From Podarcis bocagei (Eukaryota): a stretch of 64,000 bases of DNA. The translations under genes and the position numbers were made by a program. The first letter of the stretch is position 1, and every line of letters begins with the position of its first letter. The stretch lies in the NCBI GenBank assembly GCA_964188305.1, contig OZ076893.1, one strand, 5' to 3'. Positions 12,170 through 23,913 of this stretch are shown piece by piece. Under the pieces are notes generated by a model. The model was not told where the DNA came from. It worked only from the letters and a program-made list of their open reading frames with translations, and ran no database searches.

Positions 12170-12930
12170 ACTGCACGCTACATTATAGATGAAACTACAA
12201 CGCGCCGACTGTGTGTGTGCGCGCGCCTTATTATAAAAGGGAATAAACTGCTTTTCGAACCCACAGGCAGCGGGTGGGGAGCAGCCAGAACGGGTACGTG
12301 GAGCAGATAAGAAAGGAGAGCGGAGGAGGCGGGCAAGTGAATGGCAGCTGCAGGCGGAAGAGCGATTACTCACCGACGGTGGTGATATAGGAAGGGGGCG
12401 GAGACGGCTTGGTTGGGCAGGGCTCGGTGTATCGCCTCAGGATCGAGCTTTTCCCCACGTAGGAGTCCCCGGCCATTACTATCTTGGCCTGCAGTACTTT
12501 CTCCGGCTGAGCCATGGCCCACGAAGCAGAGAGCAGAGCGGCTGCAGCTGCTCCCGGCGCAGGACTGAACCGAAAGTTGCCCGTCGGGCGTCGCTCCTTT
12601 CCACCTCCAGACACGCGGCCAAAGGAGGGCCCGCCCTTCCTCCGCCGCCTTCCTCTCCGAAGCGTCGCCAAGCCTCGGCTTACGCGAGAGATTGGAGCTG
12701 GATTTCCCCCCAACAACAGCGGGCCGACTTCTGTTTTGCTGCTTAACTATATGCCCCCAGAGCAGGGCTCCCTGTGCCTTTGAACAGTGGTGTCTCAGGC
12801 AGAAATTCAACTGGTCAAGCTGTCCTCCCTCCCTCTCCCTCTCCCTCCCTCCGGGCTGCCTACCACGCAGCTGCTATAAGCACAGAGGGAGAATTGACAT
12901 GACGGCGGATGTGACAACCCGTTCTCGACT
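12170..12930 (-). promoter_or_regulatory. CpG-island-like promoter of the Rab-like gene, with GC box (GGGCGG, 12631-12636) and CCAAT box (12691-12695) on the minus strand
   Basis: A GC/CpG-rich, non-repeat segment in an otherwise CpG-poor window. It spans the Rab-like ATG, and the motifs are read directly from the sequence. Confidence 0.7.
12374..12515 (-). CDS. First coding exon of a Rab-family small GTPase (MAQPEKVLQAKIVMAGDSYVGKSSILRRYTEPCPTKPSPPPSYITTV-G)
   Basis: Strong Kozak context (gggccATGG), beta1 strand KIVMA followed by P-loop GxxxxGKS, switch-I YITTVG, and a consensus phase-1 donor G|gtgagt. It lies in a CpG-rich region. Confidence 0.88.
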
Positions 12931-13075
12931 AGTTGGGGGTGATGGTGGTTGTAGACTAGTCCATCCACAAGTCCTTGCGCCACAGCCCAGACTCCCAGGC
13001 ATGTGGTCCAATACTGAAGTGGCCTTATATGTTACCACTGCTCAGTGGAAAAACCCTGAAGTCCTGCTTTCCTCC

Positions 13076-13222
13076 ATCATAGAATCAAGAGAGTTGGAAG
13101 GGACCCTGCAGATCCCTGCAGTCCAACCTACAATGCAGGAATAAGTAGCTGCTGTCCCATACGGGGATCAAACCTGTAACCTTGGTGTTATCAACACCAC
13201 ACACTAACAAACTGAGCTCCCC
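13076..13222 (-). mobile_element. tRNA-Ile-derived SINE with CR1-like tail
   Basis: Minus-strand head gctcagtttgttagtgtgtggtgttgataacaccaaggttacaggtttgatccccgtatggg resembles tRNA-Ile. The tail is shared with the 5872 element. Confidence 0.7.
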
Positions 13223-14009
13223 AAGCTCCCCTGGTTATTATCTGTCTTATTAGATCATATCTAAAAGATAACGTAACAGGGGAAATGCTGGAATTGGAAG
13301 CCACGATTAGTGTGGAAATTGATTAAATCATAGGTACTCCTAGAGAATTTTTTAATTTTTCAGCTCATTGTTCCTTTCATAAGGTGGATGATGGCTAGGA
13401 CTTGGAAAAGTTGAAATGAATCACCCTAATGGTTTTGAAGTTAATGTCTAATTCTGTGTGTTGTTTTACTGGCAATAAAACATAACACAACATGTTCACT
13501 TGATAAAAGTTATGTGTCCTTATTTGGGGTTTGACAATTAATGGTAGGCAACTGAATGGCTACAGCTTCAGGTTTTTGGTTTTTTTAAATTAATGTATTG
13601 AAAACTAAAGTAGCTTAATTTCCACTCTCATTCCTAAAAAGGTTATTGGCTTTAGTTGTCCTCCTTTCACTGAGTTCTAAACTGAGTTCTGTTGTCAGTT
13701 TGGGAATCCTGTATTCTTTGTAGTGGCATAGGGGATACAGCATTCTAAACGTACATCTCCTAATTTATGAAATATTATGCACCGTGTGAGTCTCTTTCTT
13801 TCCCACCCCTCAAAAATACTCTACTTGATTTTGTACCCTTCCCTCCTGAATCTCCAGTCACTTTCCTTTTCTCTTAAACTTCTGCCTGAAAAAACCTCTT
13901 TAAGCTATTTCCAGTTTTTTTATTGTTCTGATCAATGATGTCAACTACCTGTTGACTAAATATGCTGCAATAGCAAGCAAAGGTTTTTAGGCATTGCATT
14001 CTTGTATAG

Positions 14010-14010
<1 letters not shown>

Positions 14011-14044
<34 letters not shown>
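14011..14044. repeat. (TG)17 microsatellite
   Basis: Read directly from the sequence. Confidence 0.95.
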
Positions 14045-14045
<1 letters not shown>

Positions 14046-16315
14046 ATAAAGAGATCGAAAAAAGAAATAGTTCCTACAAAACTATTACTGTTTCTAGCAT
14101 ATGTATGCTTTGCAGAAAAGTGGAGGTAGGGACAGGGGGGAAATTAATAAAAAGAAAAAAAGTATCCACTGCTTTAGATATGGACAGAATATAACTCAAA
14201 AGCATACAGACTTGTGCAGGGGTGGCATTCAAAGGAAACTGAACATTTTGATTTGACCCTCTTTTCTTGGAATCTGTCTTCAGAATGGAGGATTAGTAGC
14301 AAGTTATTTGACAGTTGCATTCTACAATTCTGTGATTCTATGAAACTGAATAGGAAGGCCCCACCTTCACATATGTAAGATAGGAAATATTGGACAGAAG
14401 GAAGGGTCAATAGCCTCCTTCATACATTAATAATTTGAAGGGGGCGCCATGCAGTGTTCAAACTGCAAATTTGCCCAGTTCCACAGACAACATCCTTGCC
14501 TTGCATATGGATGCCTGCAGTGAAGAAGCTGACACACTCGCACAGACTTCTGTGGTAGCTGGAAGCCTGTGTGATTAGGTTTCCAGCAGTTGTGGAAGCC
14601 TACATGTATAGAGTTCTATGTGTGTAAGTTTGCCTATTGCAGACCCACCACCCATTTAACTATGTGGAGCTCCTTCATATAAGCTATGTGTGAAGGGGAT
14701 CATATATTTTTAACCTCTCCAATTTTTCCAGCGGATTCCATTTTGTGGCTTGTGCATGCACAGGGGGATGTAAAAGTAGCTACTTGGCTGCTTCCAATGT
14801 TCTTCTGCATTCTTTTAAAAATGCAAGTACTGTACAAAAATGTGACAATGGAAATATCTCTCATTCTTTTGGAAAATCAAATGACTTATCTAAAGGGCCA
14901 ATATATTGATTTAGTGGCTGATTGTAGTCTATCCAACTGAAATGTTCTTGAAGTTGGTCCTCGCCATAAAAATTTCAGACAGAACTGCAGGCATTGGCTT
15001 TGCCCACCTCTCCTAATCTTTTATGCACCTACCGTTTCCAGAATCACCTCTATGAAGAAGAATATTCCTAGCTTGTAATGCATGCTTACCTAATGGAATC
15101 ATGCTTCCAAGAACCCACAAATCTTAAATGAATTCTAAAGTGTGTGCCCTTGTGAATAGCAATATACACCTAAAATATTTGTGAGCAATAAGATCATGTT
15201 CTGAATGGTTAATTTTCCTACTAGGGATGTTAGCTCCAATCTGCCTGTTATGAATTACCATACATAAGAAAAAGAAATCTGTAATTCTACTCCTCCGTGT
15301 CTTTATTTTGGAGTCTGAAGGGATGCCTGAGAACTGCTTGGATTTCAAAGTGGCTTCTTGCCATATTAAGGACTTGATTTTAAAATATTTTCCAATAAAT
15401 CACCAGGAAAGATTATGGCCTAAGTGAGGGAGCTCTGCAGGATATTCATAATGATTTCATCCCTCCCAAAATTATTAGCAGATACTGTGCTGGAGTGGTA
15501 AATACCAGGGTTTGCAAAAGGTAGAAAGCAACAAATGCCCTTGCAAACCTGGAGAAATCTGCTTTGGAGTAGTGGTGGAGAATAGTAAGAACTATAGTTG
15601 TTATAATACAGTTAATGGGTGACAGTATGCTAATAAGTCAGATTAACTAAGCAGGTGATTCATGCAGTAATCCTTCTTGAAAGAAAGTGCCCATTTTGAG
15701 ATGCTAAATGAGAACATAAATGCAGTCAGGCATAGAATCCTTGAAAGATAGAAAGTGTGCAGACCTGCTTCTTAATGTAATGGGTGAAATTAATTTTTTT
15801 GGGGTGAAAGGGGCTCATTTTTCATATCCTGCAATCATTTTAAAGGAGTAAGGGTTGAAATCCTAAGAGATACAAGTATATTTCTGGCAAATGTAAATGA
15901 ATGTAGAGACATAACATAGCAGAATTATATTACTAAAATTGCTGTGTTGGTCACCTGAGACAGGCCCACATGGACAAGGATGTATGGACAGTGAGAGCAA
16001 ATTCACAAGGTCAGCACACTAATGTGTCACGACACACGGTTTGGAAAGCTCTGCACTACGCCAACTTAAATGTTTGTTCTGCCAGTGCAAGGGGATCTGC
16101 TCAACCTATCCCTGTGCAGCCTATGTAACTTGGGGTTAGCATTGTACCCTCCAGAGAGTGTTCTTTAATTGCAATTAGAGCTGAGTTGAAAAAATCCCCC
16201 TGACTTCTGAGTCCCATGTTCGGGATGCAAACCTGGACTCCCTCTCTTGTCAATAGTTTGAAGGGGGCCCTATGAAGCTGTGCAAAGCTCTCCCACTCTG
16301 CTGGGGAATGAAGTA

Positions 16316-16750
16316 CAGTGGTACCTTGGTGAAATATACTCGGAGTCGAGAGTGGATTTCATGCTCTTTATTCAGCTCATAGTGGTGAGGAGGAATGGAA
16401 GTTCCCCCACAATATCTGCTTTATATACATTATTTACACACTGGGCTGCACGTGATTGGCTAATTCCGGGATTCTCCTGTAGGCCAATCAGGTTGTGGAT
16501 TCACTTTCACCTGGAGCTGGATTGGGTGGCTCCTGCGGACCAATCATACTGCTGCATTCTGAATCCCATTGTTCTAGGACCAATCAGACAACTGCATTTT
16601 GGATCCTATTCAACTCAGTACATAACACTTGGTTTAAGAACAGCCCTGTTTACGAACTATTCGGTTTACGAACTCCGCAAAACAGGAAGTAGTGTCCCGG
16701 TTTGCGAAATTTACCTTGGTCTAAGAATGGAAGCCGAACGGTGGAAGGAC
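16316..16750. mobile_element. Truncated CAGTGGTACC-type MITE split by a solo LTR
   Basis: TA-CAGTGGTACCTTGG start. The element resumes after the LTR with tttaagaacagccctgtttacgaac. The right TIR is not seen. Confidence 0.65.
16330..16627 (-). mobile_element. 298-bp solo LTR with perfect 5-bp TSD (cttgg)
   Basis: TG...CA termini (TGAAATATACT / AGTACATAACA). TSD at 16325-16329 and 16628-16632. The minus strand has CCAAT, TATATAAA (~16420) and AATAAA (~16367) in U3-R order. Confidence 0.85.
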
Positions 16751-16758
16751 ATAGGTGA

Positions 16759-16894
16759 AAGGCATAGGCAAACTCGGCCCTCCATATGTTTTGGGACTCC
16801 AATTCCCATAATCCCTGACCACTGGTCCTGTTAGCTAGGGATGATGGGATTTGTAGTCCCAAAACATCTGGAGGGCTGAGTTTGCCTATGCCCG
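16759..16894. mobile_element. hAT-type palindromic MITE
   Basis: TIR ggcataggcaaactc / gagtttgcctatgcc. Confidence 0.8.
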
Positions 16895-19776
16895 GTATAG
16901 GCAGTCAGAATGGCCTCCAAGGAAGGATAGAAGTCTAAGTTGGCCACTTCTGAATTTCTCAAACCACACTCATCAGTTCCCCCCTTGCACTGGTATTGTT
17001 TCCCTGGTGTGGGATTCTACAGATACCTGCTAGCTCCAGTACAATAGCATTGCTACACCACTGTAAATATACCCCACTGGAACAATTTCAAACAGACATC
17101 AGTAGAAAATAGGATTGCATTGTTAGATAAGTGAAATGAACTCTATTTATACAAGTTGCAATCCTGGAAAACTTATAAAAAGCAAACCATAAATTAATAT
17201 TGGAGGACACTTGGGCCTTTAGTATATAATTAAATCTATCTACAGTAATGAGAAATAAATAAGACGAACAGAGAGTAATGGAACTGAAGGGGAGGAAACT
17301 CCTCTACTTGAGGTTTGATTATGTTGTGTGATCATTCTTACATTTTATCATAACAGATAAGGATACTACTGCAAATTTTGCAGTTCAGTGTAATATCTAT
17401 AACTGGTTTTGATGTCTTACTCAGCTTTGTACCAGTTTGATTTTGAGAAAGAGTGTACATTATTTCCATGAAAACAAATATGAGGATGAGGAAGCATTTT
17501 CCCCTGTGTGCAATTCCTACTAAAGAATTTACATTCTTCTAATTTATTGGTTTACTGCATCACTTAGTGCACTCTGGAGATGTGCAGAATGTCCCCGCTG
17601 TTAGGAATATGCAGACGAAATTTACCCTTTTTGCACTGAGTCACTCACTGTCTCCTTGAAGTCATCATACTCTTTCCTTTCACAACCCCACCCCCCTCTG
17701 TCTGTTGGCAGAGAGAATCACAGCAATAAGGATGAAATCCTTCACCAAACAATGCAGTAGCAATCTGGACTATCAGTAAGAACCAACCAGAGGGGGATGG
17801 GATGAGAACAATGGTAAGGGTATTGGTCATACACTATTCAAAGGGCTGGGTGGTTTATGGACAAACATGCTACAAGTTTTACTCATTACTAGGATAAGTG
17901 AAGATAAGCACTCAATTACAATTTCCAGGATCTGGAGGTGTGAGATGATCTAATTAATATATGCAGACACAATTCAATTAGGTTTACCATGATGCAGGAA
18001 GTCTCATTGATGGATTCTAAGATTACATCTTAAACTTTTTAGCCAAGAAGAGACTTAGGCATAGACAATTCAGGTGCAGAATCACTATGGTATCTAGTTT
18101 CCTGTGCTTCTCAAGAGTATTTCAGGAGATGGTTGTTGCTGCTGTTGTTTGGTAATTCAGAAACCAGAATCAAGAATTTGGGTTTGAGTCAGAATTTTCC
18201 AGGCAGGCAGCTGCTCCTTTCTGAATCTGGAAATGCCCGTGTTTTCTCACCACCAGCCCCACTAGGAGTGTACACAACCAATGGGAGATGAGAATAATGC
18301 ATATTCCTTTAAGATCATCTTGTTTGTATGCAAATCTTTTCTTCCTTTATTCTGTTTGTGTGAAAAAGATGGGTCATGTACCTTTAGGTTCTTTGTACAA
18401 TTGAAAAAGAACAGGAACCTTGCAAATTATTTTATATGTGAAAAAGATTGTGTCCAAACTATGTATAAAAAATATGAGTACTTTCACCTGGTATAGAACT
18501 GCATGTTCTGGTAATTAAATATTACACAGAAATATTACTACAGGGAATTAGAAAATGATGTATACACAAAACTCACAGAACAAAAGGGAAAAAACTGGTT
18601 TTCAAGTGAAGCAATGACACATAAGCATATGGAATTCTACGATCTGATCCCAGCAGTGAATGATATTACATTTGTGAATTCTAAAAGCCAAATGCTGTAA
18701 CACACGTACTGTGTAGTTCAGAAGTGTCACATTAATATGGAATGGCTTGAATTTAATCATTAATCTAGTTCATAATTGTAATACTTCAGACAACCTATTA
18801 CATATGTAGAGGGGTAAAATTACATTAAGGGAAACTTATGCCAGTTGAAGATTTGAGCAGTCATCATTTTTGTGGGAGAGCAAATATATTATTCTTTTGC
18901 TAATTAAGTATCAACATCAAATCCTGTTTTGGATCAGAAGAAGCTCAGTAGCCCCAATCCAGTTATCCTCACCTATATCAGCTTGTTGGGATGCTGCTTC
19001 TCTTTGACAAAGTTAGTGTTATCAAAAGTTGCATATATACAAAGGGTAGCTGCAGACTGTGCACAAATATTTTCTAAGGCTTGCCCCTTCCACACCTGCT
19101 ATTTGCAGCTGGTGCCAATGACAGCTTTTCTTTCGTTGCAAATAGAGGCAGGCAAATTTTGACCATGACTTCAGCCAGGGCAGGGGGTTGGTGTAAGAGA
19201 TTTGAGCCCACCCCAGTACCAGCTGCTTTTTAAAAAATCAGCTCCAAACATTTTCACAGGGCTAACCATCTGACAAGTGTCACAGCTAATTTGGTCTGAG
19301 AGTTAAAATAGTCTGTGTGGCTTTTAAATGCTGTTTGGAAATGCCCTTCACCCCCTGTCAATTATAGCATACACTTTTCCTGCATAATACAAGAGCAAAA
19401 CTCTAATCCTGTTGGTATTAGTATTATATCTGGCCAAGAGCTAGAAATGGGTTTTGCAATCTGTCCCCATCTTGTACCTACAATGTTCACTTCAAATATT
19501 GGGAGCACTTGCAAGTCTTGAGCAGCTATTTTAGAATTCATGCCAGCAGTTCTGCTGCTGCTGTGATTTCACAGTGTAGCTAGACCTATGGCCCGGGTGG
19601 GGGACCTTTTTCAGCTTCAGTCCCTTTGGGGAAACCTGGGGGCCCCTTGCCAGTGGCGGATGTGCTCAGATGCAAAAGTGATCTGAGCAATAGATGCGAC
19701 TCTCATCTTTGCACAGAAGGCTACATTCCAGCCACGCAAAAGTGTGATTGCATACACACAGTACCTTCAAAGCACA

Positions 19777-19905
19777 TTTGAAGCACATTCTTTCCCTCAA
19801 AGAATTCTGGACACTGTAGTTTCTTGAGGGTTGCTGGGAATTGGAAGTCTGTGAGGAGTAGACTGCAATGCCCAGAATTCTTTGAGGGAAAGAATGCGCT
19901 TCAAA
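19777..19905. repeat. Inverted-repeat element (~34-bp arms)
   Basis: tttgaagcacattctttccctcaaagaattctgg pairs with ccagaattctttgagggaaagaatgcgcttcaaa. Confidence 0.75.
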
Positions 19906-22653
19906 GGTATACAGTCTCTGCAATCATATAGGGCAAGGTGACTTCCTCAGTGACTTCCAAGCACTATTTGTCAGTGAAACAGGGCAGGGATCAACACACT
20001 CACCCCCTCCCTTCAACCCATCTCCCTTCTTAATGGAAAAAGAGCAGCAAATATACCTCTCCCACTTATCTAATGACACTACCTTATCTAGTGGGAGAGG
20101 GAAAATATCTATTCCCACTGCTCACATTTCAAATTATTTCATTACACTTACAGCATTTATTTGGGCACTGAACTAGGAAGCAAAACAATCTGGAATCATG
20201 GGATGCACAAAGCCATTTATCCAAAAACTACACAGAAAGTGTATAAATGTGAGGGGAGATGGAAGAGAGGAGTAGCATTGCTTCTGAACAAGGAGGAGAA
20301 GGGAAAATAAACGCAGCCGAGCCATGGTTAAGTCACCATGTTGACTTGTAAAATAGCAACTTTTGTTTTCCAGAGAAGTAAAATGAATGAAAAAATATTT
20401 AACCACAGCTGGTCAGAGGCTAAGCCAATGTGATAATAATGCAATAAAAATGTGTTTATATTCAGTACCTTACAATTAAAATAATACACTGAGTGGACAC
20501 GTCTCTCTTTGAGGTATATGCTCTTCTTTTGCTTCAGTAAGGGATACAAAAGATAATGTCCTTGCACAGCTTCTGTAGTTTTACTTTGCAATTCATGGCT
20601 GCTTTATTAATCAACGCAAGATGCATTCATTGAACTGGATTAATCCTGCATAAGTAATTTTTTGAAATTTCCTGCTGAAGTTATTTTTCATTTCTGTGAA
20701 CAAATAATTTATTTGGATTTTCATATATCAGGATCATAGAGATTTGCCACAGTCAGATTTTAATTTTAGTTACATTTGAGTTGGCTTATATATTAGGGCA
20801 CAGAGTTTTGCATGAGAGCCTCTTCTAAAATCTGTAATTGGTGTGGAACACTGACATGCACGGAATAAATCTGACAAGGTCCAGGGAGCCAAGTTCAGTT
20901 CCACTGATCAACATCTATGCTGCAGATTAACTGAATCTTTTATGGCATTACAAGCACTCTAGAATTCATTAGTGCATCTTCCCCTCCCACTAACCATTCT
21001 GACCTCCAGTACTAGTAAGCCTTCTTTGGGTGCCATAAATCTTAAAAACTTGCAACAAAGCAAGAAGAAAATGAAATGTCCTTTTCTATTTCTTCCAACA
21101 CACTTGCACACACCACCAGCCTCTCAAGTTTACGATAATTATTTTAAAAATATAAACATACAGCTACTTGCACATTCTGCTGCCTTCTTTCTTTCTGAGA
21201 CGAGGTCTCAGTTGCAAGGACAGACTTTGGAGTTGGCCTTTTAGAAGAAGGTGTTAAAAAAATGACATTCAATCCCTCAAAAGATTTGGTCTTCCATGTA
21301 TTCATGAATAGGCCTACACAGTCATTTACTCGCCTAACTCAAATGTTCACACACCTACGTGATGAAAGGATCTCAAAACATTAAATGTTAGATTATTTAA
21401 ATTCGTCAGCAGCAGAGATTTGTCAGACAGATGCATTAGTACATAAGTTTTTATTTAAAGTCTCCTCGCCCTACAAGCAAGCTTCATTTACACATTCTAG
21501 TACTGTACAAAATTTACATTATTGGTTACTTGTATGGTTTCCTTGGTCATGCCTTCCCCAAAATTAGAAAGATTTACATATATTCCTCATAAATGCTTTA
21601 ATTATCTTTGTCTTTTTTTAAAAAAAGAACTTTTAAACGGACAAGAAATCCCCCATCTTTCCCATTAAAGTGGCATTTTAGCAGTGGCATGGGACAACAT
21701 AGTGGCAAGTCCTGGTATTTTTAAACGCCATAAAATGTTCTCTCATTTGGAGTGGTAACAGGTTTCCTTTCCATATATTTATATATACATATAGATTTCT
21801 AAAAACCCTCCCCGCCCCCAAGTTATGATTGCACAACGTATTATTTTACAAGTAATTTTTTTTGATCGGAACAACACAAATAAATACAAAACTAACAGAG
21901 ATTGCACTACGTAAGAAAAATGGGTTGAGTTTCGGGACAAACACTCCAGCTTCAGGAACTCTGTAACAGGGACTTCACTATGTTTCCTTTTTTCCCTTCA
22001 GATACAGTTCCCTAAACAATTCATTTGCAACATTTGAAGAGACTGAATCTCTGCTAGTTTTCTGCAAGTGACAACAATGGAATTAGCATTAGCAAAACAA
22101 CAGTAGCAGTAGTATTAAGAAATCCAGTATTTATTGTTATCAGTTTTATTACTTTCTTAGTAGCCTAAGTCTTATAGTTTGAGTTTCCTACCTTTCCTTT
22201 TGGTCAACTATGATGTATGACTTCTGCCTACTTGTATCCTGTGCCTCTCTGTTGTTCCCTTACACGTCTGAGATTTGAACATAAAGGTTTATTTTTGTAA
22301 AACTAGATTTGATTCTATATTGTCTTGTATTTCTGAATAGACAATTTTATTTTTCATACAGACTATAGGTTAGTGTGTGAACTGGCTGCTGAAGGGGTGG
22401 TGCAGCTTGTAGGATCTGGCATAAGAGTCCTTAGAAGGGCAAAAAAAAAAAAAAAAAAAAGAAAATTTATTTCCATCCATTGGTAGTAGGAATCAAATCA
22501 TATTCCTATGCCCATACTCTTTATTCCTGTGCAAGACGCCCAATGGGACTTGGATAGAGATAGGTAGGGACAAAGTGTCCCATTCTACAAAAGCCTTGCA
22601 CAGCACTAATGTGAAATAGCTGTTTCTAGCACACTACACAAATATGACAAATA

Positions 22654-22893
22654 CAGTGGTACCTTGGAACTCAAACGGAATCTGTTCTGGAAGACCATTC
22701 AACTTCCAAAACGTTTGAGTTCTGAGGCACGGCTTCCGATTGGCCAACAGCTAGGTTTTTGCACAGTGGAAGCCATGTTGGACGTTCGTGTTCCGAGGAA
22801 CGTTCGAAAACCGGAGCACTTACTTCTGGTTTGTTGGCATTCGGGAGCCAAAATGTTCAAGAACGGAGCCGTTCGAGTTCCGGGGTACCAATG
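22654..22893. mobile_element. CAGTGGTACC-type MITE, a different subfamily, inside the putative KLHL14 3'UTR
   Basis: TA-CAGTGGTACCTTGGAACTC ... GAGTTCCGGGGTACCAATG termini. Confidence 0.75.
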
Positions 22894-23549
22894 CATTAAA
22901 GTAGAAGAAAACATATAGGGCCTAACTTGATGTTAAACATTAGTGTGACTAAACCCTGATGGCCCTTTTTAATTTAAAAGAATCAGCAGCTTCTAGAGAG
23001 TGTAATTTATAGATTGGGAGGCATACTAACTGTTCCTGCGCCCACTGCTTCTCTGCTCCAAACCTCTCCCACCTACATTTCTCCTTGTAAGGTCACAAAT
23101 GCATGTTTATCCTCAACACCCCTCCCATTCTGGGCTCAAAATTGCCTCAGTTGCACTGCCTATTGGAATTGAGTTGAGCTTAACTAAACTTTATACCTGT
23201 TAGTTCTATGCCCATATTTCTTTTCACCACAGGTACAAAGCTAGTTTATAAATATTTCAGTGTAGATCAGATTAAGGAATTACAGCTACTTGCCAATGAT
23301 ATGTGATACCACATAATCCACGTTTTAAGAAAGAATTTGTTCTTTGGTGTTAAATAGGGGGGAAATAACAAATCTATTAGTCAAAATGACTCAAATATTT
23401 GTTAATTTGTATCTGAAATTTATGAATTAATTTAAGGAATAACTTAAATCTTAAAAAAACAAGAATTACTTGTATAGGCCAGAATGTTTAAATCAGAACA
23501 ATACAAAATAATATACAGAATAATAAAATGAGGTTCTATGGATTACTCT

Positions 23550-23913
23550 AGGGACGTGGGTGGCGCTGTGGGTAAAACCTCAGCGCCTAGGACTTGCCGA
23601 TCACATGGTCGGTGGTTCGAATCCCCGCGGCGGGGTGAGCTCCCGTCTTTCGGTCCCAGCTCCTGCCCACCTAGCAGTTCGAAAGCACCCTTAAGTGCAA
23701 GTAGATAAATAGGTACTGCTTTATAGCAGGAAGGTAAACGACGTTTCCGTGTGCTGCGCTGGTGCTGGCTCGCCAGAGCAGCTTCGTCACGCCGGCCACG
23801 TGACCCGGAAGTGTCTGCGGACAGCTCTGGCTCCCGGCCTCTAGAGTGAGATGAGCGCACAACCCTAGAGTCTGTCAAGACTGGCCCGTACGGGCAGGGG
23901 TACCTTTACCTTT
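23550..23913 (+). mobile_element. Sauria-type SINE, full length, perfect 13-bp TSD (tatggattactct)
   Basis: TSD at 23537-23549 and 23914-23926. Intact B box ggttcgaatccc and a CpG-rich body. Confidence 0.92.

Noticed and set aside
12370-13144. Overlapping long ORFs (146, 89 and 150 aa) around the CpG-rich region
   Set aside because: By-products of high GC content. Only the 12515-12374 frame has recognisable motifs and splice signals.
16280-16834. 184-aa ORF
   Set aside because: It runs across MITE, LTR and second-MITE boundaries and has no recognisable domain.
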